DNA of 61,630 nt, counting the filler, from Thermodesulfobacteriota bacterium (GTDB lineage: Bacteria > DASVDK01): NCBI GenBank assembly GCA_036381125.1. It is 4 parts of 4 records of this genome, joined end to end, with 100 filler letters (N's around TTAATTAATTAA, not from the genome) between each part and the next. Parts side by side here need not be neighbours in the genome. Positions count along the whole stretch, not along the records: positions 38,244 to 47,175 come from DASVDK010000351.1; positions 47,276 to 61,630 come from DASVDK010000352.1; 2 more parts are not named here. One strand, given 5' to 3'. A program made the translations under genes and the position numbers. Positions 44,850 through 58,658 of this stretch are shown one piece after another. Each line of letters begins with the position of its first letter. Position 1 is the stretch's first letter. The notes below the pieces were generated by a model that did not search any database, had not been told where the DNA came from, and was given only the letters and a program-made list of their open reading frames with translations.

Positions 44850-45690
44850 GCGCTCGCCGCTGCTGGACGTCTGGCTCCGCTTCCGGCGGCACCGGGCCGC
44901 CCTGGTGGGCCTCCTCCTGCTCGCCGCCCTCCTCGGGGCCGCGCTGAGCGCGCCGCTCTGGACCGACCAGGAGCCGGATCGGCAGAACCTCGCGCAGGCG
45001 CTCCGTCCGATCTCCATCGAGCACCCGCTCGGCACCGACCACCTCGGCCGCGACATGGTGTCGCGCCTGCTCTACGGCGGGCGTCTCTCGCTCGTCATCG
45101 GCGCACTCGCCGTCGCGCTCGGCCTCGTGGTGGGCGTGCCGCTCGGCGCCGTCTCGGGCTTCGTCGGCGGCTGGACCGACCTCGTCATCCAGCGCTTCGC
45201 CGACACGCTCCTCTCGCTGCCCGGCTTCCTGCTGGCGCTGTCGCTGGTGTCGATGCTCGGGGTGGGCTTGCGGAACGTGGTGATCTCGGTCGGCGTGAGC
45301 GCCATCCCCTCCTTCATCCGCCTCGTGCGCGGGTCGGTGCTCTCGATCCGCGAGCAGACCTACGTGGAGGCGGCCAAGGCGCTCGGGCAGGCGCAGCCGG
45401 TCATCATCTTCCGCCACGTGCTGCCGAACGTGCTCGCGCCGGTCATCGTCCACGCGACGCTGAGCCTCGGGTCGGCCATCCTCGTGGCCGCCGGCCTCGG
45501 CTTCCTCGGCCTCGGCGTGCAGCCGCCCACCGCCGAATGGGGGGCGATGCTGGGCGAGGGGCGCCAGTACATCTTCCGCGCGCCGATGCTCACGACCCTC
45601 CCCGGCCTCGCGATCTTCCTCGCGGTGCTCGGCTTCAACCTCGTGGGCGACGGCCTCAGGGACGCGCTCGACCCGCGCATGCGGGTATAG
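44842..45690 (+). CDS. Peptide ABC transporter permease (DppC/GsiD-like)
   Basis: HPLGTDHLGRD, YVEAAKALG, RHVLPN, PPTAEWG, GDGLRDALDP. Confidence 0.92.
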   Translation: MAERSPLLDVWLRFRRHRAALVGLLLLAALLGAALSAPLWTDQEPDRQNLAQALRPISIEHPLGTDHLGRDMVSRLLYGGRLSLVIGALAVALGLVVGVPLGAVSGFVGGWTDLVIQRFADTLLSLPGFLLALSLVSMLGVGLRNVVISVGVSAIPSFIRLVRGSVLSIREQTYVEAAKALGQAQPVIIFRHVLPNVLAPVIVHATLSLGSAILVAAGLGFLGLGVQPPTAEWGAMLGEGRQYIFRAPMLTTLPGLAIFLAVLGFNLVGDGLRDALDPRMRV

Positions 45691-45709
45691 GGAGCGGCGC
45701 TCGGCCCCG

Positions 45710-46990
45710 CTACGGTACGAGTGCCTTGCCCGCCGTCGCCTGCCCCTCGCGCACCACGCGGCCGGCCTTGACCACCGCCGACACGTGGTTCACGCCGAAG
45801 AAGTAGGGCAGCGCGCGGTAGTCGGGCAGGTCGAGGACGACGAGGTCGGCGGCGAGGCCCCCCTCGATGCGCCCGATCTCGTGCGCCAGCCCCAGCGAGG
45901 CGGCGCCGCCGCGGGTGATCGCCGCCAGCGCCTCGGCCGGCGTGAGGCCCATCTGCGTGCAGGCGAGCGTGGCGGCCAGCGGCAGGGACGGCGTCATGGA
46001 GGTGCCGGGGTTCCAGTCGGTGGCGAGCGCCACCTGGCCGCCGCGGTCGAGGTACTCTCGCGCGCGCGCGAACCGGCCCACCCCGAGGACGAGCGCGGTC
46101 GTCGGCAGGGCGGTCATGACGACCCGGGCCTCGGCCATCCGGTCGAGCCCCGCGTCGCTCGCGAAGAGGAGGTGGTCGGCGGACGCGGCCCCGAGGTCGG
46201 CCGCCAGGGCGGCGCCGCCCGTGTCGGCGAACTCGTCGGCGTGCAGCCGGATGCCGAGCCCGAGGTCCCTGGCCCTGAGGAGGATGGCGCGCGCCTCCTC
46301 CGGCGTGAACACCCCCTGCTCGCAGAAGACGTCCGCGAAGCGGGCAAGGCCGAGGCGCGCCACCTCCGGGAGCAGCTCGTCGCGGACGAGCGCCACGAAG
46401 TCGTCGCGGCGGTCGCGGTACTCCTCCGGCATCTCGTGGGCGGCGAGACAGGTGGCGACGACGCCGATCTCGTGCTCGCGCGACAGGCGGTCGATCGCCT
46501 GGAGCATCCGCAGCTCGGTGCCGACGTCCAGACCGTAGCCGCTCTTGACCTCCACGGTCGTCGTGCCGAGGTCGAGCAGGAGGTCGAGGCGCGGCCGCCC
46601 GGCGGCGACGAGCGCCTCGAGGGAGGCGTGACGCGTGGCGCGGACGGTCGAGAGGATGCCGCCCCCCTCGGCGGCGATCTCCCGGTACGTGGCCCCCTGC
46701 GTCCGCCGCTCGAACTCGTCGAGCCGCGAGCCGGCGAAGAGCAGGTGGGTGTGCGCGTCGACGAACCCCGGGCAGACCACGCCCCCCCGCGCGTCGAGCC
46801 GGCGCCCGCCGGGCGCGAGGGTGACCGACTCGTCGAGGAACGCCTCCGGCCCCACCCAGACGATCCGCCCCTCGCGGCAGGCGACGGCGCCGCGCGGGAT
46901 CACGCCGGGGAGCGGCCGTCCGAGGGCGAGGGTGACGACCTCAGCCGTGTTGTCGATGACGAGGTCGGCGGAGATGCTCGGGGTGCGCAC
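45710..46990 (-). CDS. hutI: Imidazolonepropionase
   Basis: PGFVDAHTHLLFAGSR, GGGILSTV, EVKSGYGL, DVFCE, LHADEF, SADHL, ATDWNPGTS. Confidence 0.92.
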   Translation of the reverse strand: MRTPSISADLVIDNTAEVVTLALGRPLPGVIPRGAVACREGRIVWVGPEAFLDESVTLAPGGRRLDARGGVVCPGFVDAHTHLLFAGSRLDEFERRTQGATYREIAAEGGGILSTVRATRHASLEALVAAGRPRLDLLLDLGTTTVEVKSGYGLDVGTELRMLQAIDRLSREHEIGVVATCLAAHEMPEEYRDRRDDFVALVRDELLPEVARLGLARFADVFCEQGVFTPEEARAILLRARDLGLGIRLHADEFADTGGAALAADLGAASADHLLFASDAGLDRMAEARVVMTALPTTALVLGVGRFARAREYLDRGGQVALATDWNPGTSMTPSLPLAATLACTQMGLTPAEALAAITRGGAASLGLAHEIGRIEGGLAADLVVLDLPDYRALPYFFGVNHVSAVVKAGRVVREGQATAGKALVP

Positions 46991-47175
46991 CGGCAGAGCG
47001 TACCAGAGGCGCCCGCCGCCGCGCCACCACCTCGAGCCAGGGGGCGAGCGCCGTGCGGCCGCCCGTCGCCCGGAAGAGGAGCGCGGCGGCCGAGCGCGCG
47101 GCGGCCTTGAGCGCCCGCTCCTCGAGGACGGCCCACCGGGTGGTGTAGGCGTCGGCCAGCGGGACGAGCGTCTCG

Positions 47176-47275
47176 NNNNNNNNNNNNNNNNNNNNNNNNN
47201 NNNNNNNNNNNNNNNNNNNTTAATTAATTAANNNNNNNNNNNNNNNNNNNNNNNNNNNNNNNNNNNNNNNNNNNN
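47176..47275. other. Artificial contig spacer
   Basis: N run with TTAATTAATTAA. Confidence 0.97.
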
Positions 47276-47333
47276 CCGACAACGGACGAGCCGATCCGGC
47301 CGCCGGCGGCCGGATCGGCTCGTCCGTTGTCGG
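47276..47333. repeat. Perfect 58-bp loopless palindrome at contig end (probable assembly fold-back)
   Basis: 47276-47304 is the exact reverse complement of 47305-47333. Confidence 0.9.
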
Positions 47334-47615
47334 CCGCGTCGCCGGGTCGGCGGCCGCGAGCGCGACGAAGACCCCCAGCAGGAGGACGCCGGCGAGGAGG
47401 GCGAGCCAGTTGGCCGCGCGCTGCTCGACCAGGTGCATGAAGAAGAGGGCGACGAGCAGCGCCTTGCCCGCGGCGATCACGAGGGCGATCGGCGTCGAGA
47501 AGGGGCCGAGGTGGACGAACGAGAGGAGGAGCGTGAGGGTCGTGAGCGCCAGGAGGGCGATCCAGGTGGCGACGTAGCCGCCGACCGAGACGTGGACGTG
47601 GACGCGGTGTGCCAT
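47276..47615 (-). CDS. Cytochrome c oxidase subunit IV (caa3 type), 3'-truncated
   Basis: YVATWIALLALT, IAAGKALLVALFFMHL; follows subunit III. Confidence 0.85.
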
Positions 47616-47623
47616 GGGCCCCC

Positions 47624-48256
47624 TCAGTGGATCAGGTAGAACATCGGCCAGAGGAAGAGCCAGATGATGTCGACGAAGTGCCAGTACATCGCGCCGAGCT
47701 CGAGCGGCGTGTCGCCGTCGGGGCCGAAGCGGCCGCGCAGGGCGAGCCAGGCGAGCCACGCGAGGACGATCATCCCGATGAGGACGTGGAGCGCGTGGAG
47801 GCCGGTCATCAGGTAGTAGAGGCTGAAGAAGACCTGCGCCCCTCGATCGGGCATCCCGGCGTACCGGTAGTAGGTGCCCGGGTAGAGCCCCTCGCGGAAG
47901 TGCGCCGAGTACTCGACCCCCTTGAGGACGAGGAAGAGCGCGCCCATCGCGAGCGCCAGGGCGAGAAGGCCGCCGGCAAGGCGGCCGAGCGCCCGGCGTG
48001 CGGCCGCCAGGCTCAGCGCGACGACGAGGCTGCTCGTCACCAGGACGTACGTGTTGGCGGTCCCGAGCGTCAGGTCCGTGAGGCGCGTCGCCCCGGCGAA
48101 CGCCGCCGGATAGGTGGTCCGGTACGCGGCGTAGAGGGCGAAGAGGGCGCCGAAGAGCAGCATCTCGCTCACGAGGAAGACCCACATGCCGAGCCGCGCC
48201 GCGTGAGCCTGCTTCGCGCGGTCCTCGAACTGGAACCTCAGCGTCGGCTCCCACAC
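47624..48256 (-). CDS. coxC: Cytochrome c oxidase subunit III
   Basis: LGMWVFLVSEMLLFG, MTGLHALHV, YWHFVDIIWLFLWP. Confidence 0.92.
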   Translation of the reverse strand: MWEPTLRFQFEDRAKQAHAARLGMWVFLVSEMLLFGALFALYAAYRTTYPAAFAGATRLTDLTLGTANTYVLVTSSLVVALSLAAARRALGRLAGGLLALALAMGALFLVLKGVEYSAHFREGLYPGTYYRYAGMPDRGAQVFFSLYYLMTGLHALHVLIGMIVLAWLAWLALRGRFGPDGDTPLELGAMYWHFVDIIWLFLWPMFYLIH

Positions 48257-48260
48257 GGCG

Positions 48261-50880
<2,620 letters not shown>

Positions 50881-50884
<4 letters not shown>

Positions 50885-51687
50885 GGCGCCGCCTCCCGCC
50901 GCCGCTCGCGCCGCCAGAGGAGGCCGATGAGGGTGCCGAGGGCGACGAGGACGACCGCCCCGCCGCCCCGGAGGACGCCGAGCACGTAGATGCCGTACCG
51001 GCGCGTCGCGGGGTCGTACCGGTAGCAGCGCATGAGGAAGCGCTCCACGGCGGAGCCGGTCCGCCCGGCCGAGGCCTCGAGGAGGGCGAGCCGCAGGTCG
51101 CGCGGCTCGTGCGCGATCCCGTACAGGTAGCGGGAGACACGGCCGTCGGGCGTGAGCACCACCACCGCGGCCGCGTGCGCGAACTGGTCGCTTCGCGGGT
51201 CGTAGCGGTAGCGGAAGCCGACCGCGTCCGCGACCGCGCGAATGGCCGGCTCGCGGCCCACCAGGAAGGGCCAGGCCTCGCGTCCCTCCGGCTGCCCGAG
51301 GCGGGCGAGCACCGCCTGCTGCTGCCGGCCGGCGTCGTAGGGGCCGTCGCGCGGGTCGATGCTCACGGTGACGGCCCGGTACTGCTCGCCGAGCCGCCAG
51401 CCGAGGGCGCCGAGCCCGTCGGCGACGCCCCGGAGGTTCAGCGGGCAGAGCTGCGCGCAGCGGTAGTAGGCGAGGACGAGGACGACCGGCGTACGGGCGT
51501 CGAGGGCGGCGCCGAGGCGAACGGTCCGGCCCGCGGCGTCCTCGAAGGGAAGGTCGAGCGGCAGGCGGGCGCCGAGCCGCTCGTCGATGCCGATCCCCTC
51601 GAGGACCGGCGGGGCGGCGTCGTGCGCGCGGGCGGGACCGGCAAGGCAGGCGACGAGGGCGAGCGCCGCGAGCGCGTACGCCGTCAT
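50881..51687 (-). CDS. SCO-family copper chaperone
   Basis: Signal peptide, YYRCAQLC (CxxxC), QFAH, GRVSRYLYG, C-terminal TM. Confidence 0.88.
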
Positions 51688-52049
51688 CGCCGCGCCTCCT
51701 CCACGACGAGGCGCATGGCCTCGTCGATGGGGATCCGGGCGAGGCCCCGCCGCCGGTCGGCCCACCCGTAGCGCGACAGCTCGCGTCGCTTGGCCTCGGC
51801 GAGCCGCTGCCCGTAGCGGTCCCGCTCGATGAGGGTCTGGTCGATCATGCCGACGTCGCGGGGGGACGCCGGGTTCACGGAGGCCGGCTGGCCGAGGGGC
51901 GGCGTCTCGTAGCGGAGCGCCATGCGCCAGGAGGCGAGGACCCCGGCCCCGCCGACGACGAGCGCGACGGCCAGGATGGCGAGGAGCGCTCGCCACGACA
52001 GGCGGTCCTTCTCCTGGCGGACCAGCGGGTTCGCTGCCGGCGGCGTCAC
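51684..52049 (-). CDS. actG: Alternative complex III subunit ActG-like protein
   Basis: Single TM, C-terminal LSRYGWAD..RIPIDEAM; between actF and SCO; GTGA overlap. Confidence 0.65.
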   Translation of the reverse strand: MTPPAANPLVRQEKDRLSWRALLAILAVALVVGGAGVLASWRMALRYETPPLGQPASVNPASPRDVGMIDQTLIERDRYGQRLAEAKRRELSRYGWADRRRGLARIPIDEAMRLVVEEARR

Positions 52050-53209
52050 GACGTCTCGAACCTCAGCGCTGCGGCGAGCGAGGGGTCGCTCGCCGGAACC
52101 AGGGCGACGCCGCGCAGCCGCCAGCCGCCGAAGGCCACGGCGACGCCGACCACGCCGGCGAGGGCGGCGAGGTCGAGCCAGTGCGGTCTCGCCCCATCGG
52201 GGTGGAGGGTCGGCACGACGAGCCAGTAGACGTCGAGGTAGTGGAGCGCGATGAGCCACCAGGCGACGGCGCCGAGCGCCGCCGGGCGGCGCTTGAGGCG
52301 CCAGGAGAGGAGCGCCGCGAACGGCAGGGCGAAGTGCCCGACCGCGAGCGCGCCGGCGACCGCGCCCCAGGAGCCCCGGAGGCGGAGGGCGTACCAGGAC
52401 ACGTCCTCGGGGACGTCGCCGATCCAGATGATGAAGAACTGCGCGTAGGCGATGTAGGCCCAGAAGATGACGAACGTGAGGAGGAGCTTGCCGAGGGCGT
52501 GGTAGTGCTCGACGGTGACGAGCCCCTCGAGGCGCCGTGCGCGCTCGGCCCGCCGGGCCAGCACGGTCACCAGGGCGATGGCGCCGACGAACCCGCCGGC
52601 GAACACGTAGATGCCGTAGATCGTCGAGTACCACTCGGGCTCGAGCGACATGAGCCAGTCGAACGCGGCGAAGGTGAGGGCGAGGGCGACGAACGGCAGC
52701 CCCCCGCCGCTGAGACGCCGCTGCCGCGCGACGAGGGCCGCCGCGTCGCCGCCGCCGTCCTGGGCCGCGGACCAGCGGCGCAGGCACGCCCCGACGCCGA
52801 TCCAGATCGCGAAGTAGGCGACCGTCCGGATCACGAAGAACGGGACGTTGAGATAGGGGGCCTTGTGCCGGACGAGCTCGCGCAGGTGGGGCGCCAGCCC
52901 GTCGAGCGGCGGCACCCAGGGGTAGAGGGCCGGCATGGCGACGAGCACCGGCAGCGCGAGGAGCGCGAGCGCCGGCAGCGTCGCGGCGACCGTCTCGGTG
53001 AGCCGGCGCAGGGTCACGAACCAGGCGCCTCCGGCCACGTGGGCGATCATGACGAAGAGGAGCGCCCCGACGGCCAGCGTGGTCGCGAAGGCGAACGCCG
53101 TGAGATACGAGAAGGCGGCCTGCCGGGGATCGGCCAGGGCGCCGAGGAGCGTCGCCGCGAGCCCCGCGACGCCCGCGACGAGCCAGACCCGGACGGTCCG
53201 CCCGCTCAC
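52046..53209 (-). CDS. actF: Alternative complex III membrane subunit ActF
   Basis: Multi-TM, LYPW, KAPYLNVPFF, FAAFDWLMSLEPEWYSTIYG, FWAYIAYAQFFIIW. Confidence 0.88.
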   Translation of the reverse strand: MSGRTVRVWLVAGVAGLAATLLGALADPRQAAFSYLTAFAFATTLAVGALLFVMIAHVAGGAWFVTLRRLTETVAATLPALALLALPVLVAMPALYPWVPPLDGLAPHLRELVRHKAPYLNVPFFVIRTVAYFAIWIGVGACLRRWSAAQDGGGDAAALVARQRRLSGGGLPFVALALTFAAFDWLMSLEPEWYSTIYGIYVFAGGFVGAIALVTVLARRAERARRLEGLVTVEHYHALGKLLLTFVIFWAYIAYAQFFIIWIGDVPEDVSWYALRLRGSWGAVAGALAVGHFALPFAALLSWRLKRRPAALGAVAWWLIALHYLDVYWLVVPTLHPDGARPHWLDLAALAGVVGVAVAFGGWRLRGVALVPASDPSLAAALRFETS

Positions 53210-53808
53210 CGCACGGCCTCCACGCGCCGCCGGAGGTCGGGCGCCAGCCGGTCGACCGTCACGCCCTGGGCGAGCTGGAGCGCCCGCAGGTAGGCGACGA
53301 CCCCCCAGCGCTCCTCGACCGACAGCTCGTGGGCGTACGAGGGCATGAGGCCGTACCCCTCGCGGATGACGCGGTAGACGCGGCCCGGCGGGAACGCCCG
53401 CACGGCGGCGTCGACGAGCGACGGCGGGCGCCTCAGCGCCATCTTGGCGGCGACGGCGCTCTCGCCGTCGGCGGCCACGCCGTGGCAGGCGGCGCAGAAG
53501 ACGTCGAACCGGTCGCGGCCGCGCTCGACGAGCGCGCGGGTGACCGGGATCGGGATCCGGTCCACGTACGCGCCGTCCCGCATGCCCTGCGTGAGGGCCG
53601 GTTGCCCGACGATCCGGTCGCGCGGGACGGTCCCGGCGGGCGGCGGCTGCATGACGCGGCCGTCGGCGAAGAAGCGGCTCCGCCCGTAGGGGTCGTAACG
53701 CGGCTGCTCGAGCATCCGCGCGAGGTCCGGCTGCCAGTCCTCCTGGACGCGCTGGCAGCCGGCCGCGAGGACCAGGGAGGCGGCGAGGAGGAGGGCGGCG
53801 CCGTGCAC
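53206..53808 (-). CDS. actE: Alternative complex III monoheme cytochrome c lipoprotein ActE
   Basis: Lipobox LAAGC, FFADG..PPAGTVPR, CAACH, GYGLMPSY, RWGVVAYLRALQ. Confidence 0.88.
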   Translation of the reverse strand: MHGAALLLAASLVLAAGCQRVQEDWQPDLARMLEQPRYDPYGRSRFFADGRVMQPPPAGTVPRDRIVGQPALTQGMRDGAYVDRIPIPVTRALVERGRDRFDVFCAACHGVAADGESAVAAKMALRRPPSLVDAAVRAFPPGRVYRVIREGYGLMPSYAHELSVEERWGVVAYLRALQLAQGVTVDRLAPDLRRRVEAVR

Positions 53809-53812
53809 GGCC

Positions 53813-54334
53813 TCAGCCCGTCCGCACGACGCGCGCGGCGCCGGCCTCGAGGAGGTCGCGCGCGCTTCGCTCGTGGTCGAACCGCGGGTCGGCGTCGTCG
53901 ATCCCGACGAAGTAGCGGTCGATCGAAGCCCGCTCGAACCCCTCGGCCTCGAACACGGGCCTCCAGAGCGCCGGCAGCCCGGCGCGGAGCAGGAGCGTGA
54001 CGAGGGCGGCGAAGGCGGCGAAGAGGATCCCGAGCTCGAACGTGATCGGCACGAAGGCCGGAACGGCGTGAGCCGGCCGGCCGCCCACGTTGAGGGGGTA
54101 GTCGACGGCGTTCGGCCACCACTGGATCAGGTACCCCGAGGCGGCGCCGACGAGTCCCCAGACGAGCACCGCCCGCGGCAGGCGCGACCGCGGGAGGCCG
54201 AGCGCCCGGGAGGCCCCCGGGACCGGGTGGGGGGAGAACGTGTCGAGACGCTCGTAGCCGAGCCCCCGCAGGCGCCGCACCGCCTGGAGCATCGCCTCGG
54301 GCGAGGCGAACTCTCCGAGGAGCCCCGTGTGCAT
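53813..54334 (-). CDS. actD: Alternative complex III subunit ActD (DUF3341)
   Basis: GEFASP, DTFSPHP, DYPLNVGGRP, FVPITFEL, two TMs. Confidence 0.88.
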   Translation of the reverse strand: MHTGLLGEFASPEAMLQAVRRLRGLGYERLDTFSPHPVPGASRALGLPRSRLPRAVLVWGLVGAASGYLIQWWPNAVDYPLNVGGRPAHAVPAFVPITFELGILFAAFAALVTLLLRAGLPALWRPVFEAEGFERASIDRYFVGIDDADPRFDHERSARDLLEAGAARVVRTG

Positions 54335-54337
54335 GGC

Positions 54338-55720
54338 TCACCGCTCCTTTCGCTCGAGCTCGTGCGTCAGCTCCTTGAGCTCGCTGATGGGGACGAACGG
54401 GACGAACCGGAGGAAGAGCACGAAGAGGAAGACGAAGAGGGCGAGCGTCCCGGACAGGATCGAGAGGTCGACCCAGGTCGGCCTGTACACGGCCCAGGCG
54501 GAGGGCAGGAAATCGCGTGACAGGGAGCCGACGATGATCATGAAGCGCTCGGTCCACATGCCGACGTTGATCAGGAGCGAGGCGACGAAGAGGACGGCGG
54601 CGTTCGTCCGGAGCGACCCGGCCCAGAAGAGCTGCGGCACGAGGACGTTGCAGACGATCATGAGCCAGTACATCGGCGCGTACGGGCCGCGCGGGAAGTT
54701 CACGAGGAACGTGTACATCTCGAACGGGTTGCCGCTGTACCAGGCGACGAAGACCTCGGTCAGGTAGCTGTACGCCACGATGAGGCCGGTCGCGAGGAGG
54801 AGCTTGGCCACGTTGTCGAGGTGCCGGGCGGTGATCACGTGCTGGAGCCCGAAGAGCGAGCGGATCGGGACGAGGAGCGTCACGACCATCGCGAAGCCGG
54901 AGTAGATCGCGCCGACGACGAAGTAGGGGGGGAAGATCGTCGAGTGCCACCCGGGAAGCTGGGTGATCGCGAAGTCGAGGCTCACGATGTTGTGCACCGA
55001 GACGACGAGCGGCGTGGCGAGGCCGGCCAGCAGGCCGTACGCCACCCGGTAGTGGTGCCAGTCCCGGCCGGACCCCTGCCAGCCGAGGGCGAAGACCCCG
55101 TAGAGGCGGCGCCGCAGCCGCCCCGGGACGCGGTCGCGCGCCGCGGCCAGGTCGGGGATGAGCCCCGTGTACCAGAAGAGCAGCGACACCGTGAAGTAGG
55201 TGCCGACGGCGGCGGCGTCCCAGGGGAGCGCGCTCTTGAAGTTCGGCCAGACCCCCATCGTCGCCGGGTAGGGGGCGAGCCAGTAGAAGAACCAGGGCCG
55301 TCCGAGGTGGATGAGCGGGAAGAGGGCGGCGTTCAGGACCGCGAAGAGCGTCATCGCCTCGGCCACACGGTTGATCGACGTCCGCCACGACTGCTGCAGC
55401 AGGAGGAGGAAGGCGGAGATGAACGTCCCGGCGTGCCCGATCCCGATCCACCAGACGAAGTTGGTGATGGCGAACGCCCACGCGACCGGGATGCTGTTCC
55501 CCCACACGCCGATGCCGACGGCCACGGTGTAGCTCACGGCGAAGAGGAGGAGGAGGACGCCGCCCCCGGAGAGCGCGAGGAGGACGAGCCACGCGCGCGA
55601 TCGCGTCCAGAGGTGGCGCAGGAGCTGGTCGGTGATCGGCCCTTCGCGGGGCCGGCCGACGAGGACCGGGTGGAACGGCTCGGGGCGGGCGGTGCCGGGA
55701 CGTGCGGCCGTCTGCGCCAT
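54338..55720 (-). CDS. actC: Alternative complex III quinol-oxidising subunit ActC (NrfD/PsrC family)
   Basis: [57 protein letters not shown]. Confidence 0.93.
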   Translation of the reverse strand: MAQTAARPGTARPEPFHPVLVGRPREGPITDQLLRHLWTRSRAWLVLLALSGGGVLLLLFAVSYTVAVGIGVWGNSIPVAWAFAITNFVWWIGIGHAGTFISAFLLLLQQSWRTSINRVAEAMTLFAVLNAALFPLIHLGRPWFFYWLAPYPATMGVWPNFKSALPWDAAAVGTYFTVSLLFWYTGLIPDLAAARDRVPGRLRRRLYGVFALGWQGSGRDWHHYRVAYGLLAGLATPLVVSVHNIVSLDFAITQLPGWHSTIFPPYFVVGAIYSGFAMVVTLLVPIRSLFGLQHVITARHLDNVAKLLLATGLIVAYSYLTEVFVAWYSGNPFEMYTFLVNFPRGPYAPMYWLMIVCNVLVPQLFWAGSLRTNAAVLFVASLLINVGMWTERFMIIVGSLSRDFLPSAWAVYRPTWVDLSILSGTLALFVFLFVLFLRFVPFVPISELKELTHELERKER

Positions 55721-55724
55721 GGCG

Positions 55725-58658
55725 TCAGGTCAGCTCCGGGTTCGGGTTGGTGAGCCGCGCGAGGTACCGGACCCGCGGCTCGGTCCCGAGCTCCTCGAGC
55801 ACGGCATAGGCGCGGGGCTGCCGCCTGAGGCGCGCGACGTCGGTGCGGGGATCGTCGATCCGGCCGAAGACGATCGCACCGGTGGGGCAGGCCTGGGCGC
55901 ACGCCGTCGTGAATCCGCCGTCCGGCGCCGGCCGTCCTTCGATGCGCGCCTCGATCTCGTGCCGGCGTATCCGCTGGACGCAGAACGTGCACTTCTCCAT
56001 CACGCCCCGGGCGCGGACCGTGACGTCCGGGTTCATCGCCATCTTCTGGGTCTCCGTCCGGTCGGCGTTGTAGTCGAACCAGTTGAACCGTCGCACCTTG
56101 TACGGGCAGTTGTTCGAGCAGAAGCGGGTGCCGATGCAGCGGTTGTAGACCTGCTCGTTGAGGCCGTCGGGGCTGTGCACCGTCGCGTTCACCGGGCAGA
56201 CGTACTCGCAGGGCGCCCGCTCGCAGTGCTGGCAGAGCATCGGCAGCATCGAGACGGCGGGCGAGTCCGGATCGCCCTCGTCGTAGCGATCGATCCGCAG
56301 CCAGTGCATCTCGCGGCTGCCGAGCACCCCGTCCCGGCCGACGACCGGGACGTTGTTCTCCGCCTGACAGGCGACGACGCAGGCGCTGCACCCGCTGCAG
56401 ACCGTGAGGTCGATGGTCATCCCCCACTGCACGCCCTCGTACCGGTGCGGCTCGTAGAGGGTCTGCACCGGACGCGGTTGCGCCGGGGCCGCGCGAGGGG
56501 CCTCCCGGTACTCGGCGAGCGTCGCCCGGCGCACGATCGCCCGGCCCTGCGCCGACCGGTGGGGCTGGGTGACCGCGAGCCGGTGGCGCGCGGGCCGCCG
56601 CGCCGGCGGCATGACCGGCGACGGCGGCGCCTCGCGACCGACGACCGGCGTGAGGGCGAGCCCGCCGGAGAAGAAGGGGCTCTCGCCGGCGAGGAACAGC
56701 CCGAAGGCGTTCACGCCGACGCCGCGCGCGACCGCCTCCGCGCCGTCACGGCCGTAGCCGAGGGCGAGCGAGACCGCGTCGTCGGCCTGGCCCGGCTGGA
56801 CGAGGACCGGCGCGCGGAGGGTCCGGCCCCGACAGGCGAGCTCGACGACCGCCTCGTTCGCGAGGCCGAGCCGCGCTGCGGTCCGGGGGCTCACGAGCGC
56901 GGCGTTGTCCCACGTGAGCTTCGTCATCGGGTCGGGCAGCTCCTGGAGCCACGGGTTGTCGGCAAAGCGGCCGTCGTAGACGCGCGCGTCCTGGACGAGG
57001 TCGAGCTCGAGCGTCCCCTCGGGCGCCGGCGCCGCCGCCGGTCCGAGCAGCGACGGCGCTCGCGCGAGGTCGATGCGAGCGTCGGCGCGCGGGAAGGCGC
57101 TGCCCGCGACGAGCCCCTCCCGCAGCGCCGCCTCGAACTCGGCGGCCGCGTCGCCCGTCGCCCGCCGGGCGTGGGTCTCGCGCAGGAGGTCGTAGGTGCT
57201 CCGGCCGGCGAGGCCGGCCAGCACGGCGAGGACGTCCGCGACGGTCCGGCCGCCGTAGAGCGGCCGGATGAGCGGCTGCACCGGCGAGAGGGTGCCGTCG
57301 CGCGCGCGCGCGTCGCCCCACGACTCGAGGTAGTGCGCCGCCGGCACGAACCAGCGGCAGTCGCGAGCGGTCTCGTTCTCGAAGAGACCGAGGTAGACGC
57401 TGTCGGCGACGCCGCGCAGGAGCCGGGGCAGCTCGAGGTCGGCCGGGGCGGTGTACGAGGGGTTCCCCTCGAGAACGACGAGCGTCTCCACCGCGCCGGC
57501 GCGGAGCGCGTCGACGAGAGGCCCGAGCCCGTGCGACGGCTCGCCCGCCTCGAGGATCGGCGACTCGGTCCACCAGACGGTCCGCCCCACGTTGCCGAGG
57601 AGGGCGTTCACGAGGTGGGCCGCGACGTGCACGGCCGGCGGCTGCCGATCGCCGGCGACGACGAGGCCGGCGCCCGGCCGTGCCGTGAGGTCACGGGCCA
57701 TCGCGCGGACCTGGTCGCCGTGCGCGGCCGGCCCGGCCGCGCGGGGCAGCGCCGCGGCGAGCCCACCTGGCGCGTCCCGGCCCAGGGCGGCGACGACCGC
57801 GGCCAGGAGCGCCAGGGCGATGCCGTGCACCTCGGCGCTCCGGGCGCGGACGCGGTGGTCGGCCAGGACGCCGGTCGGCGTCGGGGTGGCCTCGGCCACG
57901 TAGAGCCGGCTCATCCCGTCGGTCGGCCCGGCGACGCGGCGCCGCTCGGCGAGCTGCCGCGCGTACCTGAGGTGGAAGGGGCCGGAGGCGAGCAGGTCCG
58001 CGTCGAGGGCGACGACGACGTCGGCCCGCCCGAGGTCGTACTGCGCGAGGAGGGGGCGGCCGAGGAGCCGGCGGGCCGCCTCGAGCGGCGAGAGGGGGGC
58101 GAGCGGCGCGTGGAAGTGGACCTGCGCCCGGGGGTAGGCGGCGCGGACCCGGCCGAGGAGCTCGGCGACGAGCGGCGAGGAGGTCGGCTCGAGCAGGAGG
58201 TGGAGCCCCGCGCCGCCGGCCGCCGCCCACCGATGGCTGCGCGGCGCGGCGAGGCCGTACCGTTCGAGGAAGGCCGACCAGGCGCGCGGCTGGCCCCGCT
58301 CGAGGAGCGCGCGCGCGCGGTGCGGGTCGTAGAGGCCGAGGATGGACGCCTGCTCGTACGCGCCGGTCGCGCCGAGCGAGGCGGGGTGGTCCGGGTTGCC
58401 CTCGATCTTGGTCGGGCGCCCGACGTGGCTCTCGACGAGGAGGCCGGTCGCGAAGCCGTCGAGGACCATCGAGGTCGCGTAGTAGCGGGGAATTCCCGGC
58501 GTGACCTCGGGGGGCTGCGTCGCGTACGGGAGGATCTGCTCGGTGGGCGGCTCCGCACAGCCGCCGACGCCCGCCAGCGCGAGGCTCGCGCCGACCCACT
58601 CGAAGAGGGCTCGCCGCGTGAGGCCGGAGGCCCCGCTCAGCGGTGGCAGGTGGTGCAC
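55725..58658 (-). CDS. actB: Alternative complex III subunit ActB (molybdopterin-oxidoreductase-like domain fused to Fe-S domain); start GTG 58658 or CTG 58640
   Basis: Tat motif TRRALF followed by Cys, [59 protein letters not shown]. Confidence 0.92.
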   Translation of the reverse strand: MHHLPPLSGASGLTRRALFEWVGASLALAGVGGCAEPPTEQILPYATQPPEVTPGIPRYYATSMVLDGFATGLLVESHVGRPTKIEGNPDHPASLGATGAYEQASILGLYDPHRARALLERGQPRAWSAFLERYGLAAPRSHRWAAAGGAGLHLLLEPTSSPLVAELLGRVRAAYPRAQVHFHAPLAPLSPLEAARRLLGRPLLAQYDLGRADVVVALDADLLASGPFHLRYARQLAERRRVAGPTDGMSRLYVAEATPTPTGVLADHRVRARSAEVHGIALALLAAVVAALGRDAPGGLAAALPRAAGPAAHGDQVRAMARDLTARPGAGLVVAGDRQPPAVHVAAHLVNALLGNVGRTVWWTESPILEAGEPSHGLGPLVDALRAGAVETLVVLEGNPSYTAPADLELPRLLRGVADSVYLGLFENETARDCRWFVPAAHYLESWGDARARDGTLSPVQPLIRPLYGGRTVADVLAVLAGLAGRSTYDLLRETHARRATGDAAAEFEAALREGLVAGSAFPRADARIDLARAPSLLGPAAAPAPEGTLELDLVQDARVYDGRFADNPWLQELPDPMTKLTWDNAALVSPRTAARLGLANEAVVELACRGRTLRAPVLVQPGQADDAVSLALGYGRDGAEAVARGVGVNAFGLFLAGESPFFSGGLALTPVVGREAPPSPVMPPARRPARHRLAVTQPHRSAQGRAIVRRATLAEYREAPRAAPAQPRPVQTLYEPHRYEGVQWGMTIDLTVCSGCSACVVACQAENNVPVVGRDGVLGSREMHWLRIDRYDEGDPDSPAVSMLPMLCQHCERAPCEYVCPVNATVHSPDGLNEQVYNRCIGTRFCSNNCPYKVRRFNWFDYNADRTETQKMAMNPDVTVRARGVMEKCTFCVQRIRRHEIEARIEGRPAPDGGFTTACAQACPTGAIVFGRIDDPRTDVARLRRQPRAYAVLEELGTEPRVRYLARLTNPNPELT

